64,000 bases of DNA from an uncultured Planctomycetia bacterium (GCA_964629655.1 CAZVQU010000001.1:484056-548055); one strand, 5' to 3'; counted from the stretch's first letter, positions 8,865 through 18,547 are shown. Numbers and translations are program-made. Notes: generated by a model from the letters alone, not told the origin.

Positions 8865-9773
8865 CTAAGCCCACCAATAGCCTAATTCTTTTAATATCCG
8901 CGGCCGATCCTGCCAATCTTCCAAAACCTTAACCCAAATATCTAAAAAGACTTTCTTATTGTAAATCTTCTCTATTTCTGGACGCGAGCGGCTTCCTACT
9001 TCCTTAAGTACTTCTCCGGCCTTGCCAATAACGATTCTCTTCTGAGAATTTCTCTTAACATAGATATTGGCTCTTATCGAAACTATCTTTTTCTTATTAT
9101 TTATCTCCTCGATCTCAACTGCTATAGAGTGCGGTAATTCTTTCTTAAGCTGCAAGAATAACTTTTCCCTTATGATGTCAGCAAGGCGAAATTTAAGCGG
9201 AAAATCAGTTAAAGAATTTGTATCATAATAAGGATGGGACTGTGGCAAGTTTTCTAAAATAGAATCTCTTAACTTATCAACGTCTTTTCCGGTCTTGGCT
9301 GATAAAGGCATGTAATAAATTAAAGGATTTCTCTTGCTCTCTGTCTTTTCAGCCCATAAATCAATGTAAGTATTAAGATACTTAAGCCCTAAGTCAACCT
9401 TATTTAAAACCATAATTGTTTTAACCCTTTGTCCGGTAATAATCCGCATTAACTCTGCCTCTTCCTTGCCGGGACGCCGAGATATATCCACCACATAAAT
9501 GACTAGATCGCAACCTTCCAGGGCTCTTTTAGCAACTGCATTTAAGTGCGAAGCTAACTTATCCTCAAAAGAATGGATACCCGGGGTATCAACAAAAATA
9601 ACTTGGGCATTTTCTAGATTTAGAATTCCTTTTATCTGATGGCGCGTGGTCTGGGGAATAGGAGAGATAATACTCACCTTATTATCTATCAGGGCATTAA
9701 GAAGGGTGGATTTGCCTACATTGGGCCTACCAAGAATAGTTACAAACCCTGATTTAAATTTTTTATTTTTCAT
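8865..9773 (-). CDS. era: GTPase Era
   Basis: GRPNVGKST, QTTR, DTPG, NKVD, KH domain VIGKAG. Confidence 0.96.
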   Translation of the reverse strand: MKNKKFKSGFVTILGRPNVGKSTLLNALIDNKVSIISPIPQTTRHQIKGILNLENAQVIFVDTPGIHSFEDKLASHLNAVAKRALEGCDLVIYVVDISRRPGKEEAELMRIITGQRVKTIMVLNKVDLGLKYLNTYIDLWAEKTESKRNPLIYYMPLSAKTGKDVDKLRDSILENLPQSHPYYDTNSLTDFPLKFRLADIIREKLFLQLKKELPHSIAVEIEEINNKKKIVSIRANIYVKRNSQKRIVIGKAGEVLKEVGSRSRPEIEKIYNKKVFLDIWVKVLEDWQDRPRILKELGYWWA

Positions 9774-9791
9774 TTTCGCGAAAAGGTTATT

Positions 9792-11789
9792 TTATCCTTC
9801 CTTATAGCCCATCTTTAAAGACAGATCCAAAAACTCTCCCTTTAAAGGATTATAGCCGTGGTAGGCGAGTAGAAAATAAGCTGTTGAGGCAAGAGAACCG
9901 GTTCTACTTCCCTTGGGAGTCCGCCAACCGTGTCCGGTATCAACAAAAGGACTAGAAGCATAAGGAAGGCAAGGATCTGCCCGGCCGATACGAGAAGGAG
10001 AAGTTATAAGCATTTTCTGCAATTCATTAAAATAAAAAAACGCTTTTTCTAAATATTCTTTAGATTTCTTGGGATTTTTGTCTTTAAAATAATCGGCCAT
10101 AACCTCAAAAGCTAAAATCATCTGAGACGTCCACTCTCCGGATACTACCCCTCCCCGGGGAGCATTTTTAACTTTAGCAAAATCAAAGCCTCTTAATTTA
10201 ACCTCTCCTTTTTTCCGTTTAAATTTTGCGCCAACCTCACAATGTTCAACAGCAAACTTTAGAATTGACTCCGGATTCATCTTCAAAGATAAAAGATCTC
10301 CAGGGCCAAAAGCAGTTATTGACCACGCATAAGTATCAGTAGCTATAGTAGAATCACCTTTACCTCTTTTAACTAAAGACCCGTAATCGGTATAGGAATA
10401 GCGTGAAATCCACCTCTTTACGTTCTCAGCGGTATTCAAATGTTTTTTCTTGCCAGTAACCTCATAAAACAACTTAAAAAAAGCAGAAACATCTAGATTG
10501 TGCTCGGTAGAATACCAAGGCAAATCCGGGCCTCCTCTTACCCCGCCTTCACCATCCATCATTGCCAAGAGGAAATTAGATACTTTCTTAACTATAGGTA
10601 GGTACTTTTTATCACCAGTTTCCTTGGTATAGCAAAGAGCCGCCAAACCCAACCAAGCATTTGGTCCGCTATGAAGCACATACTCAAAGACATCACCTTG
10701 AGTAAAGTAAGCATTGTAAATATCCTGACCTTGGTTTATCTTCTTGAGGTAAAAGTCTAATATTTTCTCAGCTCTAAGTTTATCCCCGGAAATAAGAAAT
10801 ACAATAGCCGCTAAAGACTGATCATAAGTAAAACAAACTCTCTCTAAACTGTTATCCCCTTCATAGCTTAATACCAATCCCCTCCTTAAATCCTGACGGT
10901 TCTTTATCCAACCATACATTCCTTTAATTATCTTCTGGGAAGATTTTACCTCTTCTCTTTGCAGACTTTCAACTGCCTCTTGAATCTCCGAGACTGCGGT
11001 TTTGCTCTCTTTTTCTTTGGTCTTTAAAAAATCATTCTCTCTCCTGAGGCTGGCCAGCTCTAACTCAAGAACAGCAAGTTTCTTCTTAAAACCCAAAGCT
11101 TCTTCTGATGAAGTCGAACTACTATTATTGTTAGCAACCAGGGCATCATATTTGTCCTGCCAGAGAACAACCTCTTTATTGAGTGACTCAATGGCTAGCT
11201 CTAAATTCGATTGTCGCTGTTTAAGAAATTCTTCCTCGCCAAGTCCTTCTTTTAATACTTCCTCAAGAGATGAACGTTTCTCTAGAATACTCACATAATC
11301 ACTTACTAACTTTCTGTTCTTTCTTGCTAAAGAATCCATGCGCCAGAACAAAGAAAGGGAGAAGAAAATAAGCACAGTCATAATCGCACCTATGACAATC
11401 GGTGTCGATTTTTTAACTAGAGCATATCTAAATAGAGAGCTTGCTTCTCTATTGTTAGCTTTTAAAAACTTTAACCCTATTACATAACGGTTAAAATCTT
11501 TTAGTCTTTGTTTTCTAACCCAACTTGCCCGAGCCGTTAAGCACATTGGCGAATGTTTAAAGGGAAGATTTATTTTCAGGAATAGCTGAATATCTTTCTG
11601 TTTTAGGCGCTCAGCAAGCCCCCACCAAAGATCATTCATCAAGAGACAGATACCGCCCTTTCCTATATCGTGGGTAAAGCCCTGAAGCCAAGGCGTAAAT
11701 TTCTTACCATTAGCGTCAAAGACAAAAAACTCAATTGGCAAAACAGTAGAGATTCTTATATACCTTCTCTTGTCGCTTGCTTGTTTCAT
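9792..11789 (-). CDS. PilZ-TM-coiled-coil protein with C-terminal six-hairpin glycosidase-like domain
   Basis: N-terminal RRYIR and DIGKGG (PilZ), one TM (IVIGAIMTVLIFFSLSLFW), about 130 aa coiled coil, then TYDQSLA/GPNAW/STEHNLD/GFDF/SGEWT/LPYAS motifs. Confidence 0.65.
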   Translation of the reverse strand: MKQASDKRRYIRISTVLPIEFFVFDANGKKFTPWLQGFTHDIGKGGICLLMNDLWWGLAERLKQKDIQLFLKINLPFKHSPMCLTARASWVRKQRLKDFNRYVIGLKFLKANNREASSLFRYALVKKSTPIVIGAIMTVLIFFSLSLFWRMDSLARKNRKLVSDYVSILEKRSSLEEVLKEGLGEEEFLKQRQSNLELAIESLNKEVVLWQDKYDALVANNNSSSTSSEEALGFKKKLAVLELELASLRRENDFLKTKEKESKTAVSEIQEAVESLQREEVKSSQKIIKGMYGWIKNRQDLRRGLVLSYEGDNSLERVCFTYDQSLAAIVFLISGDKLRAEKILDFYLKKINQGQDIYNAYFTQGDVFEYVLHSGPNAWLGLAALCYTKETGDKKYLPIVKKVSNFLLAMMDGEGGVRGGPDLPWYSTEHNLDVSAFFKLFYEVTGKKKHLNTAENVKRWISRYSYTDYGSLVKRGKGDSTIATDTYAWSITAFGPGDLLSLKMNPESILKFAVEHCEVGAKFKRKKGEVKLRGFDFAKVKNAPRGGVVSGEWTSQMILAFEVMADYFKDKNPKKSKEYLEKAFFYFNELQKMLITSPSRIGRADPCLPYASSPFVDTGHGWRTPKGSRTGSLASTAYFLLAYHGYNPLKGEFLDLSLKMGYKEG

Positions 11790-14149
11790 TTTTTCTTTTC
11801 TAAAATTATTTCTTCACGTAAAAGGTAGAGGGCTCTTTTAAGATATTCCTTAAAATCTTCATAATCTTCTCTTTCTACAAATCTCTTTTTAACTCTGAAT
11901 AGTTGATTAAAAATAACCGAATCGGAGCCTTTCCGATAAGAGACCTCAAGTACAAACCAAGGATTTTCTAAATTAGTAGAGCGCGGTAAGTATTTGACCC
12001 TTAAATTCTTCGGCAAGGTTATGCTTATGTTTGCGCCAATATTATAAATTCCCTCAAAATCAATCGGATATTTCCTATCCTCTTTACTGATCAAAGCATG
12101 ATCAAGGTATACTTGGTCTAAGACCGGCACAATCCTTAAGTCTCTAGCTGGATTAAGAAATTCTTCGGTCTCGAATCTATAGGTAAGCATGGGTTGAATA
12201 TCAAAATCATCAACATCGCTTATCTGATAATCAATCAACTTAGACAATGATGATATCTCCATCATCTTCTGCTGGATTTCTTCCTTTATTATGGCCGGAT
12301 GAGTATACTTTAAATACCAGCGGTAAGAGGACGAGTAGAACCCTTGAGTTGATACTTGTCGCCTAATCGCTGCGCTCTCATCCTCGTTAATCACTATATC
12401 CATCTTATAAGCAAGCTTATTATCTTCTAAGGTATTAATCTTAGCTATGCGCCAAGAATCATCGGTAAATACTAATACTGACCTATCTTGATCAGCAAGA
12501 GGAACATATTCAAAAGCTGTAGTCTCAGCTGTAGGGTCCATAAAAATTAATTCCCCGTCTATCTCAACAGCACAAATAGCATGGTCAAAGATAACAGCCG
12601 GGAAGTCTCCATCCATAGAGTAAGTACTACGAGTAGGTATCAACAACGGGTATCCTTTTAAGCCGGCATGCTTTAGCATCGCCACTAAAAGAATTGCCTG
12701 ATCTTTGCAATCACCATACTTATTCATGAATACTTCATTGGCATAGTGCGGCTCATGGCCACTCTCTCCATACTCTATGGCTACATAGCGAATATTTCTA
12801 GCTACGAATTCATACAACACTTTTGCCTTGTCGTAACCAGCAATAGCATCTTTGGTTAGCTCTCCTACAAAGTCTTTTACTTCTCTGTTTAGCTTAAGTT
12901 TATCTTTGTAGAGAGACCTCCACCACTTATAGATTTCATCCCAGGAAGAAAAACTAGAGACCAAGATCGACGGGTTAATATCGGAGGCATTAGGCATGCT
13001 ATACTCGGGAATAATAGACTTTATTTCATCAAACCGCCAAGAGTATATTTTTTTGCCTTTTCTTTCAATTACCTTAGGTTCAAGGCTAACACCCTCTGCA
13101 TACTCTTTGTTTAAAAACTTAAAATTGATATCTCGATTACTGGGGACAATAAGATCAAACTCACTCTTAAAAACAGGATAGCCTTCACGAAGGCGATAAG
13201 CGAAACTAAAGTCATCTTCATTCATTAACTTGGAAGAACGAATTTTTACCTTATACTCGATAAAAGAACCAACCTCTACTGAAGGCATGGAAACAATAAA
13301 TGCTCGGGAATTGCTGTAGAGAGGGAAATTTAGATATCGACTTACATCACGAATGCTTTCCCCTCCGGCATAGATTACCTTACCATCTTTAGTTATTGTC
13401 CGGGCATATTCTAGCTCTATCTTCTCGTAGGTAGAATCATACCCCATCTCGACCTCAGCTAAACCTTTACCTCTCTCTTGCAGAATTTTCTCTATAACGT
13501 GTACCGTAGATACAGAAGTATTGTCAGGCTTAATTTCAACCTCCTCATCAACCAATAGGTATATTGCCCCCTCATCTTCTAATCTCTTAATAAATTCTTC
13601 AGCTTGCTTAGAAACAGCTACTACTTCTTCGGGAATCCTATCGTCTACCCTGACCTTAATTGATTTTACTCTTTCTAAAGCCTTGGTCTTAAAAGGGGCA
13701 CCCACTTTCTTATATATTTTAAGAGCCTTGGGAAATAAGTTTTTATCCTCCAAAACCTGTCCATAGAGATAGAGGTACTCATTATCTTTGGGAATAGGCT
13801 TTATCTGCTCAAAGATCTCAATAGCGTAATCATAGTCCTTTGCCTTGACCAAAGCTTTTACTAAAATTATCTTTGCCCCTTTATTGTCTACGCTTTCCAG
13901 AATCTCTCTTACCTGTGAATAATCTTTAAAATCATAGTAAAGCTTCGCTAACTTAAGCTTCAGCTCTAAATCATCAGGGTTAAGCTCTAGGAGCTGACGA
14001 TGCTGCGTAACTAACTCCTGATAACGACCTTTAAGCTCTTCTAAACCGATAACACTATCGTCGGAAGGCCCTTTGGAGGTTTGGACGCAACCAAGTGAGC
14101 CAAGAAAAAGTATTATTACTATTAGCTTAGGTAATGATTTTAGAAACAT
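11786..14149 (-). CDS. Lipoprotein with TPR, DUF3857, transglutaminase-like and DUF3858-like domains
   Basis: Lipobox SLGC, TPR-like helices, VEVGSFIEY, catalytic GDCKDQA / FDHAI / FMDPT. Confidence 0.85.
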   Translation of the reverse strand: MFLKSLPKLIVIILFLGSLGCVQTSKGPSDDSVIGLEELKGRYQELVTQHRQLLELNPDDLELKLKLAKLYYDFKDYSQVREILESVDNKGAKIILVKALVKAKDYDYAIEIFEQIKPIPKDNEYLYLYGQVLEDKNLFPKALKIYKKVGAPFKTKALERVKSIKVRVDDRIPEEVVAVSKQAEEFIKRLEDEGAIYLLVDEEVEIKPDNTSVSTVHVIEKILQERGKGLAEVEMGYDSTYEKIELEYARTITKDGKVIYAGGESIRDVSRYLNFPLYSNSRAFIVSMPSVEVGSFIEYKVKIRSSKLMNEDDFSFAYRLREGYPVFKSEFDLIVPSNRDINFKFLNKEYAEGVSLEPKVIERKGKKIYSWRFDEIKSIIPEYSMPNASDINPSILVSSFSSWDEIYKWWRSLYKDKLKLNREVKDFVGELTKDAIAGYDKAKVLYEFVARNIRYVAIEYGESGHEPHYANEVFMNKYGDCKDQAILLVAMLKHAGLKGYPLLIPTRSTYSMDGDFPAVIFDHAICAVEIDGELIFMDPTAETTAFEYVPLADQDRSVLVFTDDSWRIAKINTLEDNKLAYKMDIVINEDESAAIRRQVSTQGFYSSSYRWYLKYTHPAIIKEEIQQKMMEISSLSKLIDYQISDVDDFDIQPMLTYRFETEEFLNPARDLRIVPVLDQVYLDHALISKEDRKYPIDFEGIYNIGANISITLPKNLRVKYLPRSTNLENPWFVLEVSYRKGSDSVIFNQLFRVKKRFVEREDYEDFKEYLKRALYLLREEIILEKKK

Positions 14150-14227
14150 CTTTTGTTGGTTGATTGGACTCTACGATCTATGATAATTTAAGGGTAAAGC
14201 TAGATACCAAGAAATAAAGATTAGAAG

Positions 14228-15376
14228 TTACAGTTTACTTAAGAATCTCTCTATCCTTACCGCAGCCTCTCTTAAGTTTTCTAGGGAATTAGCATAGGAA
14301 ATTCTTATGTAAGAATCGAACTCTTCACCGAATGCTGTTCCGGGCACTACAGCAACTTTTTCTTGTAGTAATAGTTTCTTAGCAAAATCTAAAGCATTTA
14401 TTTTATATTTCTTTACTGAAGAAAAACAATAGAATGCTCCCTGAGGTTTAACCGTAGAGAGTCCTAAGCGGTTGAACTCCTTAACTATGAAATCCCGTCG
14501 CTTCTGGTATTCTCTTTGCATCTGGCTTACTTCCTTTCTCGCCCCTAGAGCTTCAACTGCAGCAATCTGAGACACAATCGGTCCACAAAGCATTGAATAT
14601 GAGTGTATCTTAGTCATTGCTGAGATAATCTCTTTATCTGCGCAAGCAAAGCCGACTCTAAAACCAGTCATAGCATAGCCCTTAGAGAATCCATTAAGCA
14701 AAATTGTTTTCTTTTTTGCTTTTTTGCTCAGAGAAGAGAATGGAACATGAGCTTTGCCATAGTTTAACTCATCATAAGTCTCATCGCTAATGACAACAAT
14801 GTCTTTCTTGGATAAAATATTCCAAATCTGGCTTAATTCTTTGTGGCTATAGGTTACGCCGGTAGGATTAGAGGGATAATTTAATATTATTGCTTTAGGA
14901 TTTTGTGCAAGCAAGCCCTTAAGTTTCCCAAGATTAATCTTAAAACCCTCTTCTTCCTTGGTTGGCAAATAAAGTACTTTGCCACAACATACCTCGACCA
15001 TAGCCGGATAAGCAACATAATAAGGGGTAACTACGACAACCTTATCACCGGGCTCTAAGATAGCTCTTAAAGCCAAATCCAGACCTTCGCTAACTCCAAC
15101 TGTAATAAGGGTTTCTCCCTCAGGGGCATAGTTTAAAGAATATTTCTTCTCAAGAAGGTTGGTGATACCTTTACGCAGAATAAAAAGGCCCTGGTTAGAG
15201 GTGTAAGATGTCAGTCCCTCCTCTAGGGCAGTAATTGCCTTTTCTCTAATTCTCCAGGGAGTGATGAAGTCAGGTTCACCTACGCCCAGAGAAATAACCT
15301 CGGGCATTCCGAGAACTAAATCAAAGAATTCCCTTATCCCCGAAGGGGGTATTTTTTTTATTCTTTTTGATATCAT
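14228..15376 (-). CDS. Class I/II PLP-dependent aminotransferase (AlaT/YugH-like)
   Basis: SLGVGEPDF, PSNPTG, SDETY, GFSKGYAMTGFRVG; paired with Lrp regulator. Confidence 0.92.
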   Translation of the reverse strand: MISKRIKKIPPSGIREFFDLVLGMPEVISLGVGEPDFITPWRIREKAITALEEGLTSYTSNQGLFILRKGITNLLEKKYSLNYAPEGETLITVGVSEGLDLALRAILEPGDKVVVVTPYYVAYPAMVEVCCGKVLYLPTKEEEGFKINLGKLKGLLAQNPKAIILNYPSNPTGVTYSHKELSQIWNILSKKDIVVISDETYDELNYGKAHVPFSSLSKKAKKKTILLNGFSKGYAMTGFRVGFACADKEIISAMTKIHSYSMLCGPIVSQIAAVEALGARKEVSQMQREYQKRRDFIVKEFNRLGLSTVKPQGAFYCFSSVKKYKINALDFAKKLLLQEKVAVVPGTAFGEEFDSYIRISYANSLENLREAAVRIERFLSKL

Positions 15377-15377
15377 A

Positions 15378-15857
15378 TTAATATGTTATTGGTAATCGCT
15401 GGCTCTTCTCTCCCTTTACTAAGATTACCCCATCCTCTTTGTATTTCTTAAGCATAAAGTGAGTAGCTGTACCTCTCACTGAGCTCAAAGGTGCTAACTT
15501 CTCAGAGACAAAACTTGCCACTGTCTGTATATCCTCTCCGCAAACCTCAAGAAGCAAATCGTAAGTGCCAGAAAGAAGATAGCAACTCTTTACCTCTGGA
15601 AATCTGTAAATTCTCTGAGCGACTAAATCAAAACCGACATCTTTTTGAGGAGCGACCTTAACTTCAATCAAAGCAACTACTCCTTTACTATCAGTCTTCT
15701 GCTTATTTATGATTGTTTTATACTTTACAATTACTCCTTTTTTCTCATAGTTCTTCATTGCTCGTTCGACATCTTTCTTGCTTTTACCAGTTAATTTCTC
15801 TAAATCTTCCAAAGAAATCCTTGCATTGCTCTCCAAAATTTCTAGTACATCATCCAT
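15378..15857 (-). CDS. Lrp/AsnC-family transcriptional regulator (AlaR/YugG-like)
   Basis: N-terminal HTH (LESNARIS), RAM domain YLLSGTYDLL, HFMLKKYK. Confidence 0.9.
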   Translation of the reverse strand: MDDVLEILESNARISLEDLEKLTGKSKKDVERAMKNYEKKGVIVKYKTIINKQKTDSKGVVALIEVKVAPQKDVGFDLVAQRIYRFPEVKSCYLLSGTYDLLLEVCGEDIQTVASFVSEKLAPLSSVRGTATHFMLKKYKEDGVILVKGEKSQRLPITY

Positions 15858-15953
15858 AACTACCTCCTTCTAATAATTAGCGATATTAATGATTTAATAC
15901 CCCTAATAAATACCTACCTATTTTATCAAAATAACCCTTAAATTCATAGCAAA

Positions 15954-16781
15954 TTAATTGCCTTTGGGTTCTTTTACCTTCAGAATACGGCTTAATTTTA
16001 TGCGTGAGGAGTTTTCTCCCTTACCCTGGAAAAGAAGATAAAAATACCTCCCTTCTTGCAAGATGCGAAGCGGCAGAACTTCTTCCTCTTTCAAGGTATT
16101 ATCTGAAGAAAAATACTTTATTCCTAAAGCTTCCTTCTTTTCTATCGCCGCATTGAGAAAAAGTGTCTTTTTTTCTTCTTTTGATCTAAAAATCTCATTA
16201 TTCAGACCATAGAGAGAGACGAATTCGTCCAATTTTTCTATTCTTTTCTCTTTGAAAATATCAAGGAGCTTTACGAACACTTGAAGAGCAATGGAAGCAT
16301 CGCCTAAAGCCCGATGCAACCCTTGGCTACAATCAATATTGAAAAATTTAGCTGTTGCCTCTAGATTGTATCTGGTCAGCTTAAGAGTATCCCTGGCCAT
16401 GGAGAGAATATCTACTGCTGGTAATTCTAAAGGTGGACGGTTGGATTTCTTTAGATGGTTATTAATAAAACCGACATCAAACTTAATATTGTAAGCACAA
16501 ATTATAGACTCACCCAAGAATGACACAAATTCATCAGCTATATCTTCAAAATAAGGAGCATCTTTTAACTCCTCCTGGGATATCTTATGGACATCGTAAG
16601 CCTGAGCAGGCATATTTCTGTTAGGGTTAATTAAGCTGTGAAACTTATCGATGATTTTTCTCCTCTTAACCTTAAAAGCCCCGATTTCGCATATCGAATC
16701 TCCGGTAACTACGTCTAAGCCGGTAGTTTCTAAATCAAGAACTACTAGATCAAGATCTTCGATATTCTTTGCTAAGTCCAT
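15954..16781 (-). CDS. DEDDh 3'-5' exonuclease (DnaQ-like) with C-terminal WYL-like domain
   Basis: DLETTG, NIKFD, HRALGDA; C-terminus AIEKKEALGIKY...P..I....YFYL...IKLSRI resembles WYL. Confidence 0.8.
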   Translation of the reverse strand: MDLAKNIEDLDLVVLDLETTGLDVVTGDSICEIGAFKVKRRKIIDKFHSLINPNRNMPAQAYDVHKISQEELKDAPYFEDIADEFVSFLGESIICAYNIKFDVGFINNHLKKSNRPPLELPAVDILSMARDTLKLTRYNLEATAKFFNIDCSQGLHRALGDASIALQVFVKLLDIFKEKRIEKLDEFVSLYGLNNEIFRSKEEKKTLFLNAAIEKKEALGIKYFSSDNTLKEEEVLPLRILQEGRYFYLLFQGKGENSSRIKLSRILKVKEPKGN

Positions 16782-16792
16782 CTTTTAAAGAT

Positions 16793-17203
16793 TTAGGTAA
16801 TTATTTTAGCGACAATTTTTCTATCCCTAGCCCGAGTATCAAAATCAATTAAAACTACCTGTTGCCAAGTTCCTAAATCAAGTTTGCCGCCAGTTACTGA
16901 AACAAAAAGGTGAGTTTTGATAAAAGAACTCCTTAAATGCGAGTGACCGTTATCGTCAGACCAGGCAAAATTATGAGCATAATCATCTCTATAAGGCAAG
17001 AGGTCTTCAAGCGCATGTTTTAGGTCTTTCACCAGGCCCCCCTCATACTCCATGGTGGTAAGAGCAGCGGTTGAGCCAATGACTGATAAAAAGATAATTC
17101 CGTCTTCTACCTTTTCATCTTCTATGCTCTTTTGTAATTGTAGGGTAATATCTATAATATCGCTATTACCCTTTGTCTTTACCTTTATGTATATTGTCAA
17201 CAT
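16793..17203 (-). CDS. yjbQ: YjbQ/UPF0047 family protein
   Basis: STAALTTMEYE, YAHN, NGHSHLRS, LGTWQQVVLIDFD. Confidence 0.9.
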   Translation of the reverse strand: MLTIYIKVKTKGNSDIIDITLQLQKSIEDEKVEDGIIFLSVIGSTAALTTMEYEGGLVKDLKHALEDLLPYRDDYAHNFAWSDDNGHSHLRSSFIKTHLFVSVTGGKLDLGTWQQVVLIDFDTRARDRKIVAKIIT

Positions 17204-17221
17204 AAGTTTGATTGTAAGGCC

Positions 17222-17542
17222 TTACTTTATCAGGCTTCCGGCGGCTATTTCTTTATCTGAAACTATCAAGCTGACATCATCCTTACCCTGAGCAGCCAAC
17301 ACCATACCTTCAGATAGAACCCCTCTAATATTCTTCGGCTCTAAATTGGTCAGAACAACTATAAGTTTGTTCTCCAATTGCTCCGGGGCATAAAAAGGCC
17401 TAATTCCGGCTACCAGTTGAATTACCTTCTCTCCGATATCGACCTTTAATAGATATAGCTTCTCGGCGTCAGGATGAGGATTAACCTCTAAAATCTTGCC
17501 TGTTTTAAGCTCCAGTTTAGAAAAATCATCAAAATTTACCAT
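17222..17542 (-). CDS. Stand-alone tRNA-binding OB-fold protein (Trbp111/CsaA/MetG C-terminal-like)
   Basis: FDDFSKLEL..G.I....HPDAEKLY, QLVAGI, NLEP..IRGVLSEGMVLAA. Start refined to ATG at 17542. Confidence 0.88.
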   Translation of the reverse strand: MVNFDDFSKLELKTGKILEVNPHPDAEKLYLLKVDIGEKVIQLVAGIRPFYAPEQLENKLIVVLTNLEPKNIRGVLSEGMVLAAQGKDDVSLIVSDKEIAAGSLIK

Positions 17543-17693
17543 TGCTCCATCTCCTTCCCGCATAGTTTAAATGCCAATATTATATTGATAATCTCCTGTT
17601 TTAAAGGAATATTTTAGCAATTTTGATAATTAAAGCAAATAATTTATTACTATTACATTATGGGAATTCAGATAGGTCGGAAGGGAATGGTCA

Positions 17694-18008
17694 TCAGACA
17701 CCAGCTGTCAAATCTTTCAGTATCACCCAAAGTAAGATAACGATTACCATTAATGAAGCTAAATAGAAGTCATTAAAATATAGGAATTCTCTTATTCGCT
17801 CCAAAGAACGGTCTTTCTTGTCGGGAATATTATACTTTTTCTTTATTGCCGGTTTAATCCTTAAGATATCTTCTTTCTTGAATCTTAAAAATTCCCCAGC
17901 GACCTTAAAGTGAGGAATAATATTTTTATTGGCTAATTCGATAACATCTTTTTCGGAAATACCCACGGTATGGGAAACTTCTCTTGTAGTAAAGAGTTTC
18001 TCTTGCAT
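17694..18008 (-). CDS. Excisionase/BldC-like HTH (HTH_17) protein with C-terminal TM helix
   Basis: LFTTREVSHTVGISEKDV..LA....IPHFKVAGEFLRF; C-terminal FYLASLMVIVILLWVIL. Confidence 0.8.
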   Translation of the reverse strand: MQEKLFTTREVSHTVGISEKDVIELANKNIIPHFKVAGEFLRFKKEDILRIKPAIKKKYNIPDKKDRSLERIREFLYFNDFYLASLMVIVILLWVILKDLTAGV

Positions 18009-18035
18009 TTTTTATCTATATTTAGTTTTTGGGGG

Positions 18036-18527
18036 TTAAGATTTATGGGCGACCCAACTCTCCACTTCCCTGCGGTCAAACAATAATTTACTACCTTCCT
18101 TTTCTACAGGAATTTTTCCACCTTCAACCCACTCCACAATCTTCTTCTCTTCAACAGAAAGATAATCAGAAAGCTCTTCTAAGGAAATTCTTGCCTCGGC
18201 TGTCCTACACTTACCATTAAAAATTGCTCCCTGATCAATAGAAATCTTAGGCACTTCTATATTGCCAATAACCTGAGCTGTCGAAAGAAGCCTAACAACC
18301 TCGGTTGCTTTGATATTCCCCTTTATGCTCCCGCTAATAGTTATGTTTTCACCAATAATGTCAGCCTTTATTTCTGCAGCCTGGCCAACAGTAAGTTTTC
18401 CTTTGGTATCGAGGCTACCTTCAAACTTCCCATTTATCCGTAGATTCACAGGATCGGAAAAAACTAAACTCCCTTGCATTGCAGCATTTACATCGAGAAT
18501 TTTATCATCTTCTTTCCGTCTAGCCAT
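18036..18527 (-). CDS. Bactofilin fused to C-terminal excisionase-like HTH (HTH_17)
   Basis: Bactofilin beta-helix (LRINGKFEGSL...LTVGQAAEIKADI...ISIDQGAIFNGKC) then ISLEELSDYLSVEEKKIVEWVEGGKIP...LLFDRREVESWV. Confidence 0.85.
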   Translation of the reverse strand: MARRKEDDKILDVNAAMQGSLVFSDPVNLRINGKFEGSLDTKGKLTVGQAAEIKADIIGENITISGSIKGNIKATEVVRLLSTAQVIGNIEVPKISIDQGAIFNGKCRTAEARISLEELSDYLSVEEKKIVEWVEGGKIPVEKEGSKLLFDRREVESWVAHKS

Positions 18528-18547
18528 TTTTCACCCCCTATAATTAT

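Noticed and set aside
17694-18527. HTH_17 genes as prophage or ICE excisionases
   Set aside because: No integrase, att site or phage genes nearby, and both HTHs are fused to non-mobile domains.
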